Below, piece after piece: positions 57,301 through 64,000 of a DNA stretch of 64,000 bases. The DNA is taken from the NCBI GenBank assembly GCA_016783555.1, contig JADHWH010000001.1, positions 16,913 to 80,912 on the forward strand, written 5' to 3'. Each line of letters begins with the position of its first letter. Within the stretch, counting starts at the first letter, position 1. Position numbers and translations under genes: made by a program. This DNA comes from Candidatus Omnitrophota bacterium. GTDB taxonomy: Bacteria; Omnitrophota; Gorgyraeia; JABMRJ01. Under the pieces are notes generated by a model. The model saw only the letters and a list, made by a program, of their open reading frames with translations. It did no database searches and was not told the DNA's origin.

Positions 57301-58017
57301 TTAACTCTTCAAATCATGAGTCAATATTATTGCCTCCGCCACCTCGCGCATGGTCTTACGCGCGTTCATGGCGTACTTCCGGATCTTAAGATACGCTTCC
57401 TCTTCGCTGAGGTTCTTATTCTTCATCAGGATGCCCTTGGCGCGTTCGATCTTCTTCCGCGCCTCCAGCTCCTCCCGGATCACTCTGCTCTTTACCATAA
57501 GCTCTGTATTCTCTATGGCGACGGCCGCCTGGTTTGCTATAGAGGTAAGTATATCTTTTTCGGTCTCCGTAAAGAGATGCGTCTTAGGCGTATAGCAGTT
57601 TAAGGCTCCTATTACCTTTCCTTTTACGCTCATCGGAATGCATAGAAGAGACTTTAAACCCTCCTTCTTTGCTATATTCTGATACTTGTACTCTCTCTCT
57701 TTTGTAATATCCTTTACCGCCATGGGTCTATTCTCTCTGGCGACTTTCCCCGCGATACCCTCGCCTATCTTCAAAGGAAGCTTCTTATTATACTCCTCGC
57801 TGACGCTCTGCGTGGCGCGAATTACAAGCTCCTTCTTCTTTTCATCGATAAGCATCAACGAACATATATTGGAACCCATAACCTGGGCGGTAACCGCTAC
57901 TACGAGACGCAGGATATCTTCCAGATATAAGTCCGAGGCTATGGCCTTGCTTATTTCAGAAAGGGCCTTTATCTGCTCTCCATGATGGGGCTTACCTACA
58001 CTCTTTCTCTTCTTCAT
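57301..58017 (-). CDS. GAF + ANTAR domain RNA-binding antitermination regulator
   Basis: The C-terminus IERAKGILMKNKNLSEEEAYLKIRKYAMNARKTMREVAEAII is an ANTAR domain. A GAF-like region precedes it. Confidence 0.7.
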   Translation of the reverse strand: MKKRKSVGKPHHGEQIKALSEISKAIASDLYLEDILRLVVAVTAQVMGSNICSLMLIDEKKKELVIRATQSVSEEYNKKLPLKIGEGIAGKVARENRPMAVKDITKEREYKYQNIAKKEGLKSLLCIPMSVKGKVIGALNCYTPKTHLFTETEKDILTSIANQAAVAIENTELMVKSRVIREELEARKKIERAKGILMKNKNLSEEEAYLKIRKYAMNARKTMREVAEAIILTHDLKS

Positions 58018-58025
58018 ACTTTTTT

Positions 58026-59987
58026 CTAACCGATATGCCAGTCTATCCCAAACCGCCAGGTCCCATCTTTATCAAAATCCGGCTTCCAGAGAAAAAATAT
58101 GCAGGAACACTGGAAGTTTGACCTATATGCTATCTGGGACTTTGATACGGTCTCAACAGGAAAGTACCAGATCTCTTTGGGGCTTTTAGAAAATTCGAAT
58201 TTAAGTTCCAACTCCTTTTTAGAATCGCGTATCTCAAAGAACTTTGCGTCTTTTACAATGCCGTCTTCGTTTAACACACCCAGGATATCCCCATTTGCGA
58301 AATAGCGGTATCTGTCCGAATTTAAAAACGGCATGGTTAGATTAAAATCTGCGCCAAAAAGGCAGTTTAAATCTTTACCCGTTATATTTTCTATCTTGTA
58401 TGATATCTGGATAATACTCTTTTTAATCCTGATATCCTTCGTCAATTTTACCTCTGCTCCGGATACGGAAGACGCGCGCTCCAGGATAAGGCCGTCTCTC
58501 TTCTTTTTTGCGGTATAATCTCCGTTTGAAAACCCGCCGTGTGAATTGAATTTCGCATGAATAAAATCTCCCATCTTTAAGTCCTCTTCAACGAAATAGT
58601 CCCTCAGGCAGTGGCGCTGGTATTTATCATATACAAGCTTCCCGCTAAGTGAGGGTTCTACTCTCCTTGCATCATCGTGGTAGGGCTCCTTTTTTCGCGA
58701 GAGGCCGTCTATGATATTTGCGCATATCGGCTTATAGTCTAGCTCTCCTAAGGTCCCGCCGTCCTTCGGGTCAAGATATAAGGATAAAAGATTGTTTTCA
58801 ATGATAAATTCATCCTTGCCGTCAGAATCAAAGTCCAGATTTTTTACATCTGACCATTCTTTCTTTCTATGCCTTGCGCCGTCGATTATATTCTCGGCAG
58901 CTATTAAGTGATTATAGATTGCGCTTCTTAAATGGTACATATATAAACCGCCGAAAGTCCCGTGCCAGTAACCGCAGTTACATTCCCCCCTATATAGCTC
59001 CACATTAGCCCAGTGATGGCGTTCTCTTGATTGCTTCCGGAAGCCCTTCCATAATCTTCTTACCTTATCGCTCACATAGAGCATCTTTCTGTACATATGA
59101 CCCGTTTCAGGATACTTTTGTAAGAAATTAAACCATGAACCGCCGGCCCATTCCATCATCTCCTCATATGATGCCTCCGGTATCTCTATCTTTGAGGGCG
59201 CCCTGTGCGACCTTAGATAATCCGTCAACTTAACCGGACTTATCCATTCACTATTTCGTTTTATCTCATCAAAAAATCTCTTGAGCCATCCGCTTTTGTA
59301 AACCCAATCGTATGTGCCCGGCCACTCCCCGAACTTCTCCACATCATCGGCATAACAAAAGAGGGGATTGCGCCCGTTTTGGCCTGCCTTCTTAAAATAT
59401 TCGATAGTCTCCCGGGGCTCTTTAAACGGTATTGTATAGCGGAGCATCTTATCGGAGAAGAATACGGCTATCCTGCGGAAAAACCCTCCTGTCAGAAGAT
59501 ATCCGTATGTATCCTCTTTCTTCTTACCCGCCTTTATAAGGTGCGTATCATCTAATACGCAATAACGCGCTCCGGATCTATGAAGATATTTCACAAGGGA
59601 GGGGTTCCAGACGCGTTCGGGGATCCATGCACCCCGCGGGTTTGCGCCAAACTTTTCCTTTACGGCCTTTGACATAAGGTCTACCTGCCCTTTAATATCA
59701 CGCGGCGGTATAGACGGAAGTATCGGTTCATAATAGGGCCCGCCCATTATCTCGACCTGCCCCTTTGATACCATATCCTTAATGGTCTTTATAATCTCGG
59801 GATGCGCTCTTTGAAAAAACTCTAATAAGCTGCCTGAGATATGCAGCGTCATCTGCATATCGGGATAATAGGTCAGAAATTCCAGAAAAGGCCTGTAACA
59901 ACGTTGATAGGCCCTCTCGAAAATCTCAGAGAAGTTGCCAACGGGCTGATGAAAGTGTAAAACCATGGCAAAGTCTATTCTTTCCAT
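58026..59987 (-). CDS. Glycoside hydrolase family 57 (alpha-amylase / 4-alpha-glucanotransferase-like) with C-terminal DUF1925/1926-like region
   Basis: The N-terminal LHFHQPVGN matches the GH57 N-terminal motif. It is adjacent to glgA. Confidence 0.65.
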   Translation of the reverse strand: MERIDFAMVLHFHQPVGNFSEIFERAYQRCYRPFLEFLTYYPDMQMTLHISGSLLEFFQRAHPEIIKTIKDMVSKGQVEIMGGPYYEPILPSIPPRDIKGQVDLMSKAVKEKFGANPRGAWIPERVWNPSLVKYLHRSGARYCVLDDTHLIKAGKKKEDTYGYLLTGGFFRRIAVFFSDKMLRYTIPFKEPRETIEYFKKAGQNGRNPLFCYADDVEKFGEWPGTYDWVYKSGWLKRFFDEIKRNSEWISPVKLTDYLRSHRAPSKIEIPEASYEEMMEWAGGSWFNFLQKYPETGHMYRKMLYVSDKVRRLWKGFRKQSRERHHWANVELYRGECNCGYWHGTFGGLYMYHLRSAIYNHLIAAENIIDGARHRKKEWSDVKNLDFDSDGKDEFIIENNLLSLYLDPKDGGTLGELDYKPICANIIDGLSRKKEPYHDDARRVEPSLSGKLVYDKYQRHCLRDYFVEEDLKMGDFIHAKFNSHGGFSNGDYTAKKKRDGLILERASSVSGAEVKLTKDIRIKKSIIQISYKIENITGKDLNCLFGADFNLTMPFLNSDRYRYFANGDILGVLNEDGIVKDAKFFEIRDSKKELELKFEFSKSPKEIWYFPVETVSKSQIAYRSNFQCSCIFFLWKPDFDKDGTWRFGIDWHIG

Positions 59988-59990
59988 AAT

Positions 59991-61433
59991 TTATCCGCTC
60001 TTTATCTTCTTATATAACTCTAAATATCTCTTAGCAGAGGCATCCCATGAGAAGTCGCATCTTAAGCCGTTCTTCTGTAATGCCCTCCAGGTTTTTTTAT
60101 CCCTGAATACCCCTACCGCCCGCCCTATCGCTTTTAACATGGCGTCGCAAGATGCCTCTTTAAATTTAAATCCGTTACCCTTTTTTGTATGCGGATCGAA
60201 ATCCTCTATCGTATCCTTGAGTCCCCCTGTCGCCCTCACTATCGGTATCGTGGCATACCTAAGGCTGTACATCTGATTCAATCCGCAAGGCTCATATCTT
60301 GAAGGCATAAGAAACATATCGCATCCCGCCTCTATCTTGTGGGCAAGGGGATTGTCAAACGCCACCTTTGCGCCTGCCCTGCCTTTATACCTCCTATCAA
60401 AGTCCTTAAAGAGACTATTGTATTTCTCATCCCCGGTGCCGAGTATGACAAAACTTGCGCCTAAATCTAAGAGCCCATCCATACCTTCAACGACCAGGTC
60501 TACGCCTTTCTGTTCGGCAAGTCTGGTTATCATCCCTATGATCGGCCTATCCTCATCAAACTCCAGGCCAAACTCCCCGCACAAATCCTTCTTGCACTCA
60601 AGTTTAGGCCTCAAATCGTCTTTTGTGAAATTCCCTGCTATAAACTTATCCGTCTCGGGATTCCATGTTGAATAATCAGCGCCGTTTAAGATGCCGTAGA
60701 GTGACTCTTTTCTCGTCCTCAGAATACCATCCAGCCCGCATCCGAATTCCGCTGTGAGCACCTCTCTCGCATAGCCTTCGCTTACGGTGCTGACGGCTTC
60801 AGAGTATACTATCCCGGATTTTATAAAACTTGCCTTCCCGTAGAATTCGATGCCGTCTTGTGTAAAGGTCCCTTCCGGCAGCTTCAATTCTTCTACCGCC
60901 TCTTTGCCAAAAAGCCCCTGGTATGCCATATTGTGCACTGCAAATAAGACCTTGATCTTTTTAAAATCTTTTCTCTCTTTATAAATATATCTTAGATAGA
61001 GTGGAATAAGGCCGGTCTGCCAGTCATTGCAATGCAGGATATCGGGCTTGCCTATATAAGGAATAGACTCCAGGACGGCTTTGGAAAAGAAGGCAAACCG
61101 CATCGCGTTATCCCCGTGGTCGCCTTTCGGCGTGCCGTACAGGCCGTCCCTGTCATAAAGAGCGTCATTTCCTATAAAATAGAAGTTGATATTCTTGTAG
61201 CTTAGAGAAGAGAGGTCGAAGCTCAAATCTCTTAAGCCTATCTTAACGGGGATGCCGGACTTAATAAGGTTGGGGGCAAACCCGTTTTGCCGCACCAGCT
61301 TATAAAGCGGCATGATAACGCTGGAATGGGCTTTAAGCTTATTTAACGCCAGAGGCAGGGCCTCGGAGACATCACCCAGACCTCCTGTCTTGGCAAAAGG
61401 CGAAACCTCCGATGAGACAAATATAATATTCAT
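59991..61433 (-). CDS. glgA: Glycogen synthase
   Basis: The true N-terminus MNIIFVSSEVSPFAKTGGLGDV carries the KTGGL motif. Its ATG at 61431-61433 lies in a junction element. The ORF track's MNPVRPFWRD... extension is read-through of that element. Confidence 0.9.
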   Translation of the reverse strand: MNIIFVSSEVSPFAKTGGLGDVSEALPLALNKLKAHSSVIMPLYKLVRQNGFAPNLIKSGIPVKIGLRDLSFDLSSLSYKNINFYFIGNDALYDRDGLYGTPKGDHGDNAMRFAFFSKAVLESIPYIGKPDILHCNDWQTGLIPLYLRYIYKERKDFKKIKVLFAVHNMAYQGLFGKEAVEELKLPEGTFTQDGIEFYGKASFIKSGIVYSEAVSTVSEGYAREVLTAEFGCGLDGILRTRKESLYGILNGADYSTWNPETDKFIAGNFTKDDLRPKLECKKDLCGEFGLEFDEDRPIIGMITRLAEQKGVDLVVEGMDGLLDLGASFVILGTGDEKYNSLFKDFDRRYKGRAGAKVAFDNPLAHKIEAGCDMFLMPSRYEPCGLNQMYSLRYATIPIVRATGGLKDTIEDFDPHTKKGNGFKFKEASCDAMLKAIGRAVGVFRDKKTWRALQKNGLRCDFSWDASAKRYLELYKKIKSG

Positions 61434-61484
61434 CCCGTTAGACCTACTCATAGAATCCCGCCAGAAAGGTCTAACGGGATTCAT
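61431..61484 (-). repeat. Junction palindrome element, copy E (diverged: CATCCC/GGGAT arms)
   Basis: It carries the tal TGA stop and the glgA ATG start. It lies outside the glycan locus, so the family is probably genome-wide. Confidence 0.8.
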
Positions 61485-62569
61485 CTGGTTATGGTATCTA
61501 TTAATTTATCGAAGGAGGCCTGGAATAACGACACGCCTTCATCCTGAATCTCCTGGCAGACGGCGGATAGATCAATCTTTAATTCACCCAGCTTCTTAAG
61601 CGAGTCTACGGCATCGCCTAAATCATCCTCGATAGCCAGCCTTGCCTCTCCGTGTTCGATGAAGGCATCCATAGTCTGCTGCGGCATCGTGTTTATGGTA
61701 TCCTTACCTATCAACTCTTCGACATATTTTACGTCGTTGTACGCGGGGTCTTTGGTGCTTGTGCTGGCCCATAACGGCCTCTGTATCTGCCCGCCCCTCT
61801 TCCTTAACGCGCCGAAATTTTCGTCGTTAAATATCTCCTTGAACTTCTGGTATATCATCTTGGTATTTGCGCAAGCGGCCTTCCCTTTAAGCGATTCGTT
61901 TTGGACATTTTTCAGTCTCTTATCAATCCAGGTATCGATCCTGCTTATGAATAGACTCGCGACTGACGCGACTCCTTTTATGGAATTGCCGTCCTTCAAC
62001 CTATCCTCCAGGCCGTCGATATAGGCCCTGGCCGCCCTTTCGTAATGCCCTACGGAAAAAAGGAGCGTCACATTCACATTTATGCCTTCCCTTATCAAAG
62101 ACCTTACGGCTGCGCAACCCCTCTCCGTGCCCGGCACCTTGATCATTATATTCTCCCTGCCGATCCTTTTAAAAATATCTTCTGCGCATAAGACTGTCTT
62201 CTTGGGGTCATGGGCATATTCCGGATATACCTCAATACTGACATAACCGTCTATTCCGTTCGTCGTTAGATATATCCCTTTTAAGAGATCCGCCGCGTCT
62301 CTAACATCCGAAATCGTAATCTCATCATAGATCTCTCTTGCGCCTTTACCCTCTTTCGACAGCGTCTTTATCTGCTCATCATATATGTTAGATGCCTCTA
62401 CCGCCTTTTGGAATATCGTCGGATTGGAAGTCAAACCGACTATGCCGCTGTCGATATAACTCTTAAGCGTCCCGCTTCTAATAAGCCTCCTGTCGATATT
62501 GTCATACCACGGGCTCTGTCCCAGTCTATATAATTTTCTTAATGTGCTAAGCTTAAGCTTTGTCTCCAT
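61481..62569 (-). CDS. tal: Transaldolase
   Basis: GQSPWYDNIDR...GLTSNPTIF motifs. The stop TGA at 61481-61483 lies inside a junction element. Confidence 0.9.
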   Translation of the reverse strand: METKLKLSTLRKLYRLGQSPWYDNIDRRLIRSGTLKSYIDSGIVGLTSNPTIFQKAVEASNIYDEQIKTLSKEGKGAREIYDEITISDVRDAADLLKGIYLTTNGIDGYVSIEVYPEYAHDPKKTVLCAEDIFKRIGRENIMIKVPGTERGCAAVRSLIREGINVNVTLLFSVGHYERAARAYIDGLEDRLKDGNSIKGVASVASLFISRIDTWIDKRLKNVQNESLKGKAACANTKMIYQKFKEIFNDENFGALRKRGGQIQRPLWASTSTKDPAYNDVKYVEELIGKDTINTMPQQTMDAFIEHGEARLAIEDDLGDAVDSLKKLGELKIDLSAVCQEIQDEGVSLFQASFDKLIDTITR

Positions 62570-62671
62570 ATGAAATGTCTCTCTTCCTTAATTCCAAATA
62601 CATTATTTAAAGCGACGCTCTTTAAAAAGACGGGGTGGAAGTTGCGTGCAAGCTTCACTTCTACTGTAGCT

Positions 62672-62730
62672 GTAGGGCAGGTTTTCCCGCCTTGGCGGGA
62701 TCACGCTACAGCGGGAAAACCTACCCTACG
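62672..62730. other. Long near-perfect hairpin (19-bp stem) immediately 3' of the hflC stop and 5' of tal
   Basis: GTAGGGCAGGTTTTCCCGC pairs with GCGGGAAAACCTACCCTAC across a 21-nt loop. The loop itself contains a CCCGCC-TT-GGCGGG mini-hairpin. No U-tract follows on the minus strand. Confidence 0.6.
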
Positions 62731-62736
62731 ACTTCG

Positions 62737-63681
62737 TCATTTCAATTTCTTGATATACTTATAATAATCACTATCCGTGGTTAAAAGTATCGTTGAATTC
62801 TCATCAATGGTATTCCTATACGTATCGAGCGTCTTTAAAAACGTGTAAAACTCCTGATCCTGATTATAGGCCTCGGCGTATATCTTTATGGTCTGGGCAT
62901 CCGCCTTTCCTTTGATTCCCTGCGCAGTCTTGTAGGCCTCTGATCTTATCCGCTTTAGCTCTTTCTCTCTCTGGCCTTCTATCTCGGCGCGTTTTCCCTG
63001 CCCTTCCGAACGGTATTTCTCCGCGGCGCGCTTCCTTTCTGCGATCATGCGCTCGTATACCTTCTTTCTGACATCCTCGATATAGCTAATCCTCTTAATG
63101 CGCACGTCTACCAGTTCGATGCCATATTGCGGGGCCAGCTTCTTGGCCTTTATTAGAATCATGCCCTCAAGCTCTTTGCGCCCATCCTCTATGTGCTCAA
63201 TGGCCTCTTCGGTGATGATAATGTCCTCTCCTATCTCTTCTTTGCTTTCCAAGATACGGTTTGTATCTCTCACCGTCTCTACCAGAAGATGGCTCGTTAT
63301 AACGTCCCGGGTCGCCGAGTTTATGATATCGTCGAGGCGGCCCTGAGCGCTTACCTCATTATTTACCGACTGCAGGAATTTGAGCGGGTCTGTTATCTTC
63401 CAGCGCGCTGTGGTATCTACCCAGATATACTTCTTATCCCTTGTCGGTATCTGGTTGGGGTCGCCGTCCCACTGAAGCAGGCGCTTGTCGAAATAATTCG
63501 CCATTTGAATAAGCGGTTTCTTCAAATGCAGCCCCGCGGCGGTAACGGCATCTCCCACGGGCCTGCCGAACTGCGTAATTACCACCTGCTGTGTCTCATC
63601 GACTACATATATCACCCCGGTCAAAAACGCCAATATCACAATGACCACCAAGCCTATTATTATTCCGGATATCGTTCTCAT
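62737..63681 (-). CDS. hflC: HflC (SPFH/band-7) protease modulator
   Basis: An N-terminal TM helix plus an SPFH domain. It overlaps hflK by 4 bp. Confidence 0.85.
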   Translation of the reverse strand: MRTISGIIIGLVVIVILAFLTGVIYVVDETQQVVITQFGRPVGDAVTAAGLHLKKPLIQMANYFDKRLLQWDGDPNQIPTRDKKYIWVDTTARWKITDPLKFLQSVNNEVSAQGRLDDIINSATRDVITSHLLVETVRDTNRILESKEEIGEDIIITEEAIEHIEDGRKELEGMILIKAKKLAPQYGIELVDVRIKRISYIEDVRKKVYERMIAERKRAAEKYRSEGQGKRAEIEGQREKELKRIRSEAYKTAQGIKGKADAQTIKIYAEAYNQDQEFYTFLKTLDTYRNTIDENSTILLTTDSDYYKYIKKLK

Positions 63682-64000
63682 TGTGTCCCGCCTCCTTTCT
63701 CGCCGATATTCAAAAGCTGTAAGATTGAAGATTGACTCGGATCTATTATATATTTATTTTTTGCCTTCGGCAGGACTTCCTGCATAGTATCAAGGTAGAG
63801 TCTTTTTCTGGTTACATCCGGCGCGTTTTTATATTCACGCCATGTAATGTCAAATCTTTCCGCGTCACCTTTTGCGCTGTTTATCTTACCCAAGCTGTAT
63901 CCCTCTGCCTCCCGGATCGTTCTCTCTGCCTCTCCTTTTGCAAGGGGTATTACCTTGTTATAGGCCTCCCATGCCTGGTTGATGAGCCGTTCCTTCTCCT
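63678..64000 (-). CDS. hflK: HflK, C-terminal part (gene runs off the window end)
   Basis: ...YKNAPDVTRKRLYLDTMQEVL is an HflK C-terminal signature. The reading frame continues open to position 64000. Confidence 0.8.
   Translation of the reverse strand, partial: EKERLINQAWEAYNKVIPLAKGEAERTIREAEGYSLGKINSAKGDAERFDITWREYKNAPDVTRKRLYLDTMQEVLPKAKNKYIIDPSQSSILQLLNIGEKGGGTQ

Noticed and set aside
62570-62764. 64-aa plus-strand ORF
   Set aside because: It spans the long hairpin and the hflC stop region, and its translation is low-complexity.
63678-63893. 71-aa standalone gene
   Set aside because: It is an internal Met of hflK. The frame stays open to the window edge, so it is annotated as partial hflK instead.

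Overview
This 64-kb window comes from an unidentified bacterium with roughly mid-range GC content and a few AT-rich blocks. It is densely coding, with more than 50 genes, all but one on the minus strand.

Coordinates 55–39,932 form one very large surface-glycan biosynthesis and modification locus, possibly a single mega-operon whose 5' end is a MarR promoter at about 33.9 kb. It contains:
- At 55–4,569, a four-gene cassette matching the Campylobacter jejuni Cj1418c→Cj1415c phosphoramidate pathway (which makes the cytidine diphosphoramidate precursor of O-methyl-phosphoramidate, MeOPN), in the same gene order.
- A GDP-type legionaminic-acid-like nonulosonic acid pathway: a CBS-nucleotidyltransferase, a sugar dehydratase, aminotransferases, a fused NeuD–NeuB, NeuC and a CMP-synthetase.
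- A complete pseudaminic acid pathway: pseB, pseC, pseH, pseG, pseI and an aldo-keto-reductase–pseF fusion.
- A KpsS-like transferase, an AsnB-like amidotransferase, GNAT acetyltransferases, a tandem-duplicated SAM methyltransferase, two tandem paralogues with TagF-like C-terminal domains, radical-SAM/SPASM and two B12-radical-SAM enzymes, an FkbM methyltransferase, a PurF-like protein with Ser at the nucleophile position, and an EPS-type MarR regulator.

Coordinates 39,975–64,000 hold:
- One plus-strand B12-rSAM gene and a DinG-family helicase.
- A HigB/HigA-like toxin–antitoxin pair with a textbook promoter and operator.
- A RAYT/IS200-like transposase with terminal inverted repeats, plus a truncated copy.
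- A 1,584-aa secreted beta-helix/DUF11 protein.
- A DUF1846 gene, carB preceded by a GAF-ANTAR regulator, GH57–glgA, tal, hflC and a partial hflK.

The most unusual sequence-level signal is a family of 54–66-bp palindromic junction elements, five copies plus one related variant. Their 5' arm carries the upstream gene's TGA stop. Their 3' arm carries a GAGG Shine-Dalgarno sequence, a 9-nt spacer and the GTG/ATG start codon of the downstream gene. Each copy is therefore a portable stop–hairpin–start translational-coupling cassette.
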